NCBI GenBank assembly: GCA_963845145.1 | Contig: CAWJQU010000005.1 | Location: 672,001 to 736,000 of the forward strand | Reading direction: 5' to 3' | DNA length: 64,000 bases | From: an uncultured delta proteobacterium | Lineage (GTDB): Bacteria; Desulfobacterota; Desulfobacteria; Desulfobacterales; QNYZ01 | Part shown: positions 18,391 to 27,792 of the stretch, one piece after another | How the letters are laid out: each line of letters begins with the position of its first letter | Position numbering within the stretch: position 1 is the first letter of the stretch | Notes under the pieces: model-generated | What the model was told of the DNA's origin: nothing | The model's input: only the letters and a program-made list of their open reading frames with translations | The model's database searches: none | Position numbers and translations under genes: made by a program

Positions 18391-19023
18391 TTAACCTCTT
18401 TTGTTTTCATCAGCCTGAATTAGCTTTCTTGCCAAAAGGCCGCTGGTCATGGCCAGAGATTCCGGGTCCAGATAATATTCGGCCTGCCTTTGAAACAAAA
18501 CCTTGCAGTTAGCAGGAAAGTCTTCATCTGCATCGTTCATCAACAGCAGCAGGGATAATCGGGGCAGCGCCACAAATGAAACGGACAAATCATAGTTCAG
18601 GTCCAATTGCTGCGCGGTCCCATTCACCTTTCCACATGCGGTTTCCAGGTCAGCCAGACGTCCTGAAAAATGCGTTTTAATCCGCCCGGTGGTCCCTGTA
18701 TTAAAAAAATTGGCATTGGTAAAATGGGATTCCTTTTTAAAATCCCGAAATGTGCACCAATCTCCATCTAAGGTTATTTGATCCGGACAAAGCAGGATAT
18801 ATTTGGCTAAAATGACACTCGTCACGTAGTCTGCCTTTTCATTGTCCATTTTAAAAATACCATGGCCGGATACCTGATAAGGTTGATTAAAGAAGGGAAT
18901 CTGGGCAATGTTATTTTCAATTTGAATATCAAGCAGGTCTTTGATGGATGCAAAATCCACGGATGCAATTTGCCTGCAATAGTCCTTGTAATGTTCTTCA
19001 AAGATTTTTGAACGCTGTTCCAT
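18391..19023 (-). CDS. DUF3786 domain protein
   Basis: ILAKYIL, WCTFRDF, ALPRLSLLLLMNDADEDFPANCKVLF, YLDPESL. Confidence 0.82.
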   Translation of the reverse strand: MEQRSKIFEEHYKDYCRQIASVDFASIKDLLDIQIENNIAQIPFFNQPYQVSGHGIFKMDNEKADYVTSVILAKYILLCPDQITLDGDWCTFRDFKKESHFTNANFFNTGTTGRIKTHFSGRLADLETACGKVNGTAQQLDLNYDLSVSFVALPRLSLLLLMNDADEDFPANCKVLFQRQAEYYLDPESLAMTSGLLARKLIQADENKRG

Positions 19024-19280
19024 GAAAAACGCTCCTCTATTTTTTATACAGGTTACACCACAAATGTTGTATTTAATTAACCCTTGTTCCAATTAAATAC
19101 ATCCCCCATTTGGGCGATTTTTGAGATATTTATGGATCAAAATCAGGTATAGTTGGTTATTTATCGGCTTTACGGGGATATTGACGTCCTGCGGGAGGTA
19201 CCCTATGGTTGAACAAAACGAATTGAGCAGACAATCATGATGCCACGCCATTCAAATATCGGATTTCACAGTCTGCGGGT

Positions 19281-20135
19281 ATGCTCCATGGGCCGGGACC
19301 CGCCACCCAGCCGGCCGATAAATTAAAGGCCTGCATGATGGCGGATTTTGATTTTTCCATGGATATCGAATTCTTATTTCCCTATGTCAATGCTGTGGTA
19401 AAAAAAGCACAATTGTATGATAACCCACCCTATATCCGATTCGGTTTTGATCATACCTTGTGTGTACTTTATCCGGACAGAGGTATTGCCTCTCCGTTTG
19501 ATGATAATGAGGATGCAAGGGATTTTATGGTTCGGCTCATGACCTTTTTAAATGATATTTATGATCGGAAAGATCAGATCACCCCCCGGCATAAATTATT
19601 CAGCCAGACTGCCATCACCCAAATATTAAAACTGCTGCCCCAGACCAATTGCAATGACTGCGGCTTTAACACATGCATGGCTTTTGCCGCCATGCTTGGC
19701 AGACAGCAGACCATTCCGGGGCGCTGCCCACACATCAGCCGACCGGTGCAGGAAAAAGCCATTTTCCCGGTCCTTGATAACAACGGAAACCTATTGTCCA
19801 CCATTACCCTGGATATCGATAACAACCAGAATGTATCTGCCTTGGATTCAGCAAAGCAATATATTGAAAATCTGGAAATAAAAATTCAACAATTATCCGA
19901 CATGAAAGGCGATCTGAGGGAAAAGGCCAACCGCCAATTGCCGACGCCCTTGAGCCAGAGGGAAATCGAAGTACTTCAAATGCTTGCCTGCGGCACCACA
20001 AATGTGGAAATCGCGCAATCGTTAAATATCAGCCCCCATACGGTGAAAAGCCATATTAACCATATTTTTAATAAACTGGGGGTGAACACCCGAACCCAGG
20101 CATCGGTTTGGGCCACCCAGCATCATTTTGTTTAG
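19281..20135 (+). CDS. LuxR-type regulator with (Fe-S)-binding domain
   Basis: LFPYVNAV, LLPQTNCNDCGFNTCMAFA..CP, C-terminal LSQREIEVL..ISPHTVKSHINHIFNKLGV; true start may be ATG 19205 (GGAGG RBS) with an indel. Confidence 0.85.
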   Translation: MLHGPGPATQPADKLKACMMADFDFSMDIEFLFPYVNAVVKKAQLYDNPPYIRFGFDHTLCVLYPDRGIASPFDDNEDARDFMVRLMTFLNDIYDRKDQITPRHKLFSQTAITQILKLLPQTNCNDCGFNTCMAFAAMLGRQQTIPGRCPHISRPVQEKAIFPVLDNNGNLLSTITLDIDNNQNVSALDSAKQYIENLEIKIQQLSDMKGDLREKANRQLPTPLSQREIEVLQMLACGTTNVEIAQSLNISPHTVKSHINHIFNKLGVNTRTQASVWATQHHFV

Positions 20136-20240
20136 CGGCAAACATTCGATGCGATCATTGACAGTTTGTGGCGGGGTCGTTCATTGGTCAAAAATTAGAG
20201 GTTACTACGTGTTGTGCCTGTCAAATTAGCTGGTCATATT

Positions 20241-20393
20241 TGATGCACTCGTAAAAAGTAGCACGGATGGCTAAGTTAAAAGGCTCATATACAAGGCGTT
20301 GTGGTTTTGCAGGATCGAAACTATACATGTAGTATGTTGAGAGTCTGGAAAACAACAACAACGCCGTAGATTAGACTTTTTACGACGCCATCA
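20241..20393 (+). mobile_element. MITE of the same TIR family with divergent interior (copy 3)
   Basis: TGATGCACTCGTAAAAAG ... CTTTTTACGACGCCATCA; 4-bp TSD TATT. Confidence 0.8.
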
Positions 20394-20451
20394 TATTTGA
20401 CAGACACAATAATTCAGTGTGGCAGCTTTAGTCGATTAATCAAGCAATTAC

Positions 20452-21578
20452 CTACCTGTCTCTGCGGTGCAGCCTTTCAATGGATATTCGAATACTGTTC
20501 TGCATTCTGACAATGGCATCAGCCAGAGCTCCGACTTCGTCATTTGATTTAACGGCTATCTCTGCGTCTAATTCCCCAACGCTTATCCTGTCCGCCACTT
20601 CTGTGAGGTTCCTGATCTTGCCGGATACGTTATTACCGTAAATAAAAAGAGATGGTTGCAATCAATAATGTTGTTGCAACGAGAATAATAATAACAATTC
20701 GCATGGTGTTTTCAGTTATGGAATTAGCACGGGCCTGAAGGTCTTTAACAGGCTGTGAAAATTCATCTATATAAGTGGTACTGGGCAAAAACAGATCGGT
20801 ACCCTCAATCGGTACAATGACCATATACTTATCACGATCATCAAGAAAACGGTAATATCCACCGCCTTCCGTTTGGGTTTTAAATACCTTTTTGTGAATG
20901 TCTATAAAGCCTTTTGATCCTTCTTCGCCGAACTTTTTTCTCATGGCTTTATAAACGTCGGCTCCTACAAGCTTGTCGTTTGGATGGGACCAGATTCGAC
21001 ACGGTTCCGTATCGGTTGGTAAATTTATAATAACCGTGTATCCCGATTTGCCAACATTCTGTACAGCAATTTTTTTAAATTCCGGGTCTTTACTGAAATC
21101 CTCCCTTTTCATTCCGGGATGAGTCTCCAGATAAAGCTTCACTTCCCTTGCAACCGCCCTACCTTTCTCAGTTATGATCTGTTCGGCCATCTTAGTGACT
21201 ATTTTGGAGCTATCTCCGGTGATAAGGTTAGACAGCGACCTCATACGATCAAGGTAAAATAGACTTGCGCCTACAATCAAAAGTACAGGAATTATGATAA
21301 ACAGAACCATCATCTTGCCCCGTATGCCAATTCCTTTGATTTCTGATGCCGGTTTGGCTGCAATTTTGCTCATAGTTGCCGGGCTTAGTTTGAGGCCCCG
21401 GAGGCGTCGCAGGCTGGTCACCCCCCCCTTGAGCTAGCGCTCTTCCCGGTGAGGGTCGATGGGCACTGATGACATCCCCGCAGGACTTACACTTAAATTT
21501 AACCGTGTCCTTTGTTATCTGATCAAAATCGACGTCATACTTCTTACCGCATTGCTCACATACCTTGATCATTTTCAT
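20452..21578 (-). pseudogene. Zinc-ribbon / TM / Cache-like / TM / HAMP membrane protein, split by two +1 indels
   Basis: CEQC..CKSC N-terminus, two TM helices, HAMP (IRNLTEVADRISVGELD..SNDEVGALA). Confidence 0.78.
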
Positions 21579-22016
21579 AGCCCTTTCGTTATAAATGTTG
21601 ATAGCGATGCCATTCGTTCGGCGCCATCCGATGATTAAAATCCCTCATCAATGCGCCAAATACCATTTGATATGAATCAGTCATCACAGAAACGGGACGG
21701 TAAATCTTTTTTTATTCCCCTCTGGTATGTCCCTATAACTTTGTAATTGTGTAATTACAGAATCACTTTTCTTTGGCATTTGTTGAATCCATAAACGTAT
21801 TCGTAAAAGCGAGCCAACCACCTGAATCCCGTTGAAAGTGGTTCCCCAAAATATGGCTACCTCCCGATATCGTTGCCGCTGATATCAGCCATTCGATAAG
21901 TAACAACGAAACGTTCGAAATCCGGAGGATCGATTTTGAGCAAAAAACCCTCGGATGTCATTGCTGTGTAAAATGATAGATTAAATTACATAAGCAGAGA
22001 ATAGGCAATATAGGAA

Positions 22017-22032
22017 AGCAAATAATATGCCA
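22017..22032 (-). promoter_or_regulatory. Sigma54 (-24/-12) promoter
   Basis: Minus strand TGGCATATTATTTGCT fits TGGCA-N6-TTGC; points toward the zinc-ribbon/HAMP gene. Confidence 0.65.
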
Positions 22033-22460
22033 CAGATGGCGGGGAAGATATTTTCGGGGGCCGTTTGGGGTCGGCCCAATATCGTCTTTTTTGAGGGTAA
22101 AATGAAAATTTTAGGGATTGGGTGAGTCAGGAGCTATTTTTCTATATCTCACTTTTTGGAATAAAAAAAGCGTTATCGGGCCGGAAAGCCAGTCGCTACA
22201 AAGGGAATTCGGAGATATTGAAACCAACTGGGCCGCTACTAAAATTTTGGCCATGATCATTTAGGACATTTCATTCAGCAGGAGTCGGCATGGTTGTAAT
22301 TATACTAGATGCCATAGGAAGATCGACTGCAATCATTTCGGGAAAAGTACGCTGCGGACCCTAAACGGATTGAAATGGTCAATTCTGTCCGGATGGAGAT
22401 TGAGCTATAGTCCGGACATTCCGCCTATTGCGGCTATGTGTTCTATTTAATGCAGCAGAT

Positions 22461-23168
22461 TTAAATTCGTGTAAAACTGAAATTGCATTTTGATGCACCT
22501 CTTGATAAATTTTCCGGGCGATCAAATTTAAATCCTAATTGTGTCCCCGCGCCAGGAAATGTCGCTTCATCAATATAGCACCATGGAAAACAAAACGCCG
22601 AATTCCCGCACTCTTTGGAAATTTCATTAGCAGCGCAATAGGTCATATTATAGGCTAACATATCCTCTGTATCGCTTACGGTTTCAAATTTATGAAGTCC
22701 TTCTTCTTCAAAGATGTTTTGAGCTACTTTTATGAAAGTCTTGAAGCTAATAAAAGGATCATCGCAGGCCTTAAGCGCCTCAATCTGAATTCCAAAAGAA
22801 TTAAATGCCAATTTTTTAAATACAAATTCTTCCTCAGTTTTGTCCAATACCTTGGATACAATTTCTTGTGCTCGTTCTATCCCTGCCACGTCCGCCAGAA
22901 CTTTCATCAGAAGAATCGGGTATAAAAGAATCTGGATGCCACTTATGGGAAACCCATGCTTTTCAATGGCAGACCAGTTATGATGTTTCATCTTTTTCTT
23001 TTCCCTATAAAAATTCCAACCCAGCTTCATCATGCGGATAAGGCCGAATTCTTTCCAAAGTACTTTCCCAATCATTTTTGTTTGAATTTTACCAATGACT
23101 TTGGATTCCGGACTTGATAGTGAATCAACAAATCCCTTGCCATAACCAGTTATGTTTTCAACCTTCAT
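22461..23168 (-). CDS. L-2-amino-thiazoline-4-carboxylic acid hydrolase (ATC hydrolase)-like protein
   Basis: MTYC..C..D..F.R..LSRGASKCNFSF C-terminal pattern. Confidence 0.72.
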   Translation of the reverse strand: MKVENITGYGKGFVDSLSSPESKVIGKIQTKMIGKVLWKEFGLIRMMKLGWNFYREKKKMKHHNWSAIEKHGFPISGIQILLYPILLMKVLADVAGIERAQEIVSKVLDKTEEEFVFKKLAFNSFGIQIEALKACDDPFISFKTFIKVAQNIFEEEGLHKFETVSDTEDMLAYNMTYCAANEISKECGNSAFCFPWCYIDEATFPGAGTQLGFKFDRPENLSRGASKCNFSFTRI

Positions 23169-23823
23169 GTTTTTTTAACTCCTTCGTAATATAATTTTTA
23201 TTGATTGCACCTGAAAAAGTCTGGCTCACAAGCGGTTTTAACATTTCAAGGGCAGATACCGCACTTATTGTCGGGGCATTTACTATTAAAATCAGTACAA
23301 ATATATAGTTGGACCATAAAGCTGTAGCCAATGTATAATTGTCCACCTCTTTTTTGATTTCATTCCTGTTTTTACCCTCCTGAATTAATTCAATAACTTT
23401 TACACCTAAACGCATTATCTGATTTTCTAATTCTTTAGCCCACTTGCCCCCATGAAAGAGACTGTGTTCTACAAGCATTTTTGATAAAATAGGTCTGACT
23501 TCATAATATTTAAAAAAACTTTCTGCTATATAAAGAAATTGCTTTTCCACGGTTGTTTTTTCAGGGATGGTTTTTATTGCTTTTCTCTGAGTAATTTCAA
23601 TATCATCATATAACTTGGCAGCCAGAAGAGCGGATTTGTTTTCAAAATGTTTAAAAATTGCCCCTGGACTTATCCCTGCTTTTGCAGCAACTTTTCTCAT
23701 GGTTGTTTTTTCATATCCCAAAGATTCAAACATATCTCCAGCTACGTTGAGAATGAGAGCATATGTTTCAGCCTTTTGCTTTTTTCTGAGATTTCCAGTT
23801 GGATTATCTTGTTTGTTTTTCAC
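23158..23823 (-). CDS. TetR/AcrR family regulator
   Basis: GYEKTTMRKVAAKAGISPGAIFKHFENKSALL. Confidence 0.92.
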   Translation of the reverse strand: MKNKQDNPTGNLRKKQKAETYALILNVAGDMFESLGYEKTTMRKVAAKAGISPGAIFKHFENKSALLAAKLYDDIEITQRKAIKTIPEKTTVEKQFLYIAESFFKYYEVRPILSKMLVEHSLFHGGKWAKELENQIMRLGVKVIELIQEGKNRNEIKKEVDNYTLATALWSNYIFVLILIVNAPTISAVSALEMLKPLVSQTFSGAINKNYITKELKKHEG

Positions 23824-23839
23824 TATTATCCACCTCTTA

Positions 23840-23880
23840 TTTCAGTAAACATGGTCACTTTGTTATCATGTTTACTGAAA
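23840..23880. promoter_or_regulatory. TetR operator-like inverted repeat
   Basis: TTTCAGTAAACATG-N13-CATGTTTACTGAAA immediately upstream of the TetR start. Confidence 0.65.
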
Positions 23881-23994
23881 AAATCAAGTAATATTTTTGA
23901 ATTTGGAAAAAAATGAGCGCTGTTTGAGAAATCTATGATATTGAAATTTATAATTTTTAATTGTCACCGCTGGTGACATATCGGACAAAAAATT

Positions 23995-24612
23995 TTACCT
24001 TCTGAAAATTCCTTTTAATAACAGATCAATACCTCTGTTTATTCTGTTCCATCCCTTCTCAGATTCAAGATCAATACCGCCGATAGAAGTGGTTATTCTT
24101 GATTTTACTAATAGATGGTTAACGGCCCCTCCCATCAGCACCACAATTGCTGACAAATTTTCATCATCTGGAATTTTATCAAGGTACTCAAAATATTCGA
24201 GAATTGTTCTTATACGAATATCTTCGAGTTGTTTTGTAAGTTCATTTCGTTCCAAAAGCTCCCATGCAAGGATATCCAGAGTAAGAGGCCTTTTCCTTAA
24301 TGCGGAAAGAAAAGATTTGAAAAATTCAGCGACTTGTTCATCCGGAGGCATTTTCTTGACTCGATCAGGATCCGCACCTATTAATTCTTCAACTGTGGGC
24401 CAGAAATCAACGGTTCTGCTATATTCCCCTATTAACTCCGCAAGCCCTCCGAAATACCGATAAACGAGAACCTTGTCTACGCCGGCCATTTTTGCTACTT
24501 TGTTTACGCCAAGGCCCTTAAACCCATCTTCCCCTAACACCTTTCCTACAGCTTTAATAAGTTTTTCTTTTGTTTGTTCCTTACGATCAATTTGAATTAA
24601 TTTCATTTTCAT
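23995..24612 (-). CDS. TetR/AcrR family regulator
   Basis: GFKGLGVNKVAKMAGVDKVLVYRYFGG. Confidence 0.9.
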   Translation of the reverse strand: MKMKLIQIDRKEQTKEKLIKAVGKVLGEDGFKGLGVNKVAKMAGVDKVLVYRYFGGLAELIGEYSRTVDFWPTVEELIGADPDRVKKMPPDEQVAEFFKSFLSALRKRPLTLDILAWELLERNELTKQLEDIRIRTILEYFEYLDKIPDDENLSAIVVLMGGAVNHLLVKSRITTSIGGIDLESEKGWNRINRGIDLLLKGIFRR

Positions 24613-24707
24613 TTCCACTCGAAAATTATTACCAATGGCCGCTCGTGAATTCATACAACGCCATAATAACATTGAGCTTCTTACAGAACCTAGAGAAGTT
24701 GATTAAA

Positions 24708-25745
24708 TTAGTGCGCGTCATTAACCCGGATAACTAATTTTCCAAAATTCTGGCCGTCTAACATACCGATAAAAGCTTTTGGCGCACTTTCTAACCCGTC
24801 AACCAGATGTTCACGGTATTTTATCTGTCCTGCGCTTAGCCATTGAGACATATCCTTTGCAAATTCGTCATAGCGGTGGCCATAATCATCAAAAATAATG
24901 AATCCCTGAACCTTTAAGCGTTTGACTAAAATGGTGCCCATAAGGCGAGAGAGGCGGTCCGGCTTATCGGGAAGCTTTGTCGCATTGTATTGGGAAATGA
25001 GCCCACACACAGGAATTCTGGCTTTTGTATTGAGTAGTGGCAAGACGGCATCAAAGACTTTGCCCCCTACGCTCTCGAAATAGATGTCAATTCCCTTGGG
25101 GCAAACGTGACTGAGTTGGTCGGCAAAATCCGAAGATTTGTGATCCAGGCACTCATCAAAACCAAGGACCTCTTTTGCGTATTTACATTTTTCGCTACCG
25201 CCGGCTACACCGACAACACGACAGCCTTTCAGCTTCCCTATTTGTCCCACCGTGGCGCCAACCGGACCTGTGGCCGCAGCGACGACCAGGGTCTCGCCCT
25301 CTTTGGGTTGGCCAATATCTAACAAACCCATGTAAGCAGTAAAACCCGGCATGCCCATTATTCCCAATGCATAAGAGGGATTTGGGGGGTTTTCCCCTAA
25401 TCGGGTCAGGCCTGAACCATCAGAAAGCGCATAATCCTGCCAGCCACTAAAAGCAAGCACCCACTCTCCCTGTTTGTAGTCAGGATGCCGTGACACTTCA
25501 ACCTGACAAACCGTTCCACCCACCATCACCCCATTGACCTGCACAGGGTCTGCATAGGATGGCGCATCGCTCATCCTGCCCCGCATATAAGGGTCAAGGG
25601 AGAGATACTCGGTGCGTAACAGCACCTGGCCTTCAGCCGGTTCAGGTATCGGCGTGTTCTCCAGGCGAAAGTTCTCTGAAACCGGCTTACCGTGGGGGCG
25701 CCCAGCCAATACGATACAGCGATTGTGTTCTTTAGTTTGAGACAT
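24708..25745 (-). CDS. curA: NADP-dependent oxidoreductase (CurA/YncB, prostaglandin-reductase-like MDR)
   Basis: YLSLDPYMRGRM, GMPGFTAYMGLLDIGQPKEGETLVVAAATGPVG, GQNFGK. Confidence 0.92.
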   Translation of the reverse strand: MSQTKEHNRCIVLAGRPHGKPVSENFRLENTPIPEPAEGQVLLRTEYLSLDPYMRGRMSDAPSYADPVQVNGVMVGGTVCQVEVSRHPDYKQGEWVLAFSGWQDYALSDGSGLTRLGENPPNPSYALGIMGMPGFTAYMGLLDIGQPKEGETLVVAAATGPVGATVGQIGKLKGCRVVGVAGGSEKCKYAKEVLGFDECLDHKSSDFADQLSHVCPKGIDIYFESVGGKVFDAVLPLLNTKARIPVCGLISQYNATKLPDKPDRLSRLMGTILVKRLKVQGFIIFDDYGHRYDEFAKDMSQWLSAGQIKYREHLVDGLESAPKAFIGMLDGQNFGKLVIRVNDAH

Positions 25746-25855
25746 GGTCTCCTTTTTTATTTTATTTCCGATAAATGAGTTTGGATCTGTTCTCAGTGTT
25801 TTGGTTTCTTTTATTATATCAATACAATCTGACCGGTCGTCTTATTTGTCAAGAA

Positions 25856-25985
25856 TGATGGCTTAGTAATCCACCTGTGGCGGATTGCGTTGCGCCTCAC
25901 GACACCGGATTCGCGACGCCTTGATCTTGTCCGCCTTGGCGGATTACTTTGCCATCCCTATTGATGTCTTTTTACGATTTCATCA
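25856..25985 (-). mobile_element. Internally deleted MITE (copy 4, inverted)
   Basis: Reverse complement matches copies 1 and 2 (GATGGCAAAGTAATCCGCCAAGGCGGACAAG..AAGGCGTCGCGAATCC); ends TGATG..CATCA; flanks AGAA/AGTG match only partly. Confidence 0.72.
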
Positions 25986-26100
25986 AGTGTGATATAGAGA
26001 TTAAAATTATGGCTTGTGTTCATATAAAATCTATCTGTTAGCTTGGCCCGGCCTAAAAACAGCCTCTAACAGGCTGCTGGAAGAGGATTATTTCTAACTA

Positions 26101-27787
26101 GTGTCCATCGAAAGCTATAACTATCTGAAACTCATAAAAAAAGCGCATTTTGCGGTAGCAATTCTTTTCGTTTTGTGGTATATTAAAAGTCACTAAACAC
26201 TCAATAATACTACAAAAACAGAAAAGGAGCTGGTCGCAAAATGCGCGAAAAATGGCCCAAACAAATGCCCCTGATGGCTCACATTCTCGATCATCCCCAA
26301 AGCAAGGAACTGGAAGTGATCAGTGGGATTGTCGATGCAAAACCTACCATCTGTGAGTATATTCTGCAAGATTTAAACAGAGGCAAGTCCAAGACCCAGC
26401 GCGCCGGCGCCAAAGGTATGAGCGCCGAACAAGTGCTACGCTTTATCATCGTCAAAGTCCTTTTCGGTTTCACTTATGAAGAATTGGCCTTCCACATCGT
26501 CGACTCGCAAAGCCTGCGCTGGTTTTGCCGCATCGGCATGGCCGAAGAAGGGTTTAAAAAATCTGCCTTGAACCGCAATATCAAAGCCATCAGTGATCAG
26601 ACCTGGGAGATGGTCAACCGCGATATTCTGGAATATGCCAAAAAAGAGGGCATCGAAAAGGGCCGCAAAGTGCGCACGGACTGTACCTGCGTTGAGTCCA
26701 ACATTCACCAGCCATGGGATTCGACCCTGTTGGGCGACTGTGTACGTGTATTGACGCGGCTTATTGTGCGCAGCCGGGATGAGTTCGGGCTCAAGGTGCC
26801 GCAATTTAGCAACCATAACCGACGGGCCAAACGTCGGATGCTGGCGGTTATGAATGCCAAGGGTAAAAAGCCACGCAAGGTGGCCTATGTCGACTTGCTC
26901 AAAATTACCGGCAAGGTGCGCGGTTATGCCCACGCGGCGGCACAGATGATCAAAAAGAGTGCGCTCGCACCCAGCGCGATTGCTCTTTTTGCCCAAATCA
27001 ATCACTATGCCGAGCTTACCGAAAAGGTCATCGACCAGACCCATCGCAGGGTTGTTCTGGGCCAGAGCGTTGCTGCCGCTGACAAAGTGGTATCGATCTT
27101 CGAACCTCACACCGACGTTATTGTCAAGGATCGCCGGGATGTGATTTTCGGCCACAAGATCTGCCTGACCGGCGGAGCCTCCAATTTGATCCTGGATTGC
27201 CTGATTGTCGAAGGCAATCCAGCCGATGTAGATTTGGCCATCCCGATGTTAGACCGGCAAAAAGAAATCTATGGCCGATACCCGCTCAAAGTCTGCTTTG
27301 ACGGCGGCTTTGCATCTAAAGACAATCTGAAACAGGCCAAGGCGGCCTCGCGCAAGATAAAGGATGTCTGCTTTGCCAAAAAGCGCGGTCTGAAAGAAAC
27401 AGATATGTGCCGCAGTGAATATGTGTATCATAGGCTTCGCCGGTTCAGGGCCGGGATTGAGTCGGGCATTTCCTGGCTCAAACGTTCCATGGGGCTGGCA
27501 CGATGTATGTGGAAAGGCTGGTACGGCTTTAAGTCATATGTCTGGTCATCGATTGTCGCGGCCAATTTATTGACCATTGCAAGGACCAAGCTGGCGTCAA
27601 CTTAAAAATTGCGGCCTTTATCCATTGTTGGTTCTCGCGCAGCAGCAGAGGTGCGCTCAAAATACGAAGAAAACGAAAAATATCTATGCTATCCAAATAT
27701 TTGCAGCAGATTATCATAGAACAAACCTTTTGGAACCATCGCTGTAGTATTTGGACTGCTTAAAACTACCGATTATTGGATGGACAC
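26101..27787 (+). mobile_element. Insertion sequence (ISNCY/IS5-like DDE)
   Basis: TIR GTGTCCATC / GATGGACAC; 6-bp direct repeat TAACTA at 26095-26100 and 27788-27793. Confidence 0.9.
26241..27605 (+). CDS. tnp: DDE transposase (ISNCY-like)
   Basis: RTDCTCVESNIH, KVVSIFEPHT, FGHK, FDGGF, RFRAGIESGISWLKR. Confidence 0.92.
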   Translation: MREKWPKQMPLMAHILDHPQSKELEVISGIVDAKPTICEYILQDLNRGKSKTQRAGAKGMSAEQVLRFIIVKVLFGFTYEELAFHIVDSQSLRWFCRIGMAEEGFKKSALNRNIKAISDQTWEMVNRDILEYAKKEGIEKGRKVRTDCTCVESNIHQPWDSTLLGDCVRVLTRLIVRSRDEFGLKVPQFSNHNRRAKRRMLAVMNAKGKKPRKVAYVDLLKITGKVRGYAHAAAQMIKKSALAPSAIALFAQINHYAELTEKVIDQTHRRVVLGQSVAAADKVVSIFEPHTDVIVKDRRDVIFGHKICLTGGASNLILDCLIVEGNPADVDLAIPMLDRQKEIYGRYPLKVCFDGGFASKDNLKQAKAASRKIKDVCFAKKRGLKETDMCRSEYVYHRLRRFRAGIESGISWLKRSMGLARCMWKGWYGFKSYVWSSIVAANLLTIARTKLAST

Positions 27788-27792
27788 TAACT

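Noticed and set aside
19205..19240. In-frame TGA after ATG 19205 as selenocysteine
   Set aside because: Read-through does not join the LuxR frame and no SECIS-like hairpin was evident; an indel is simpler.
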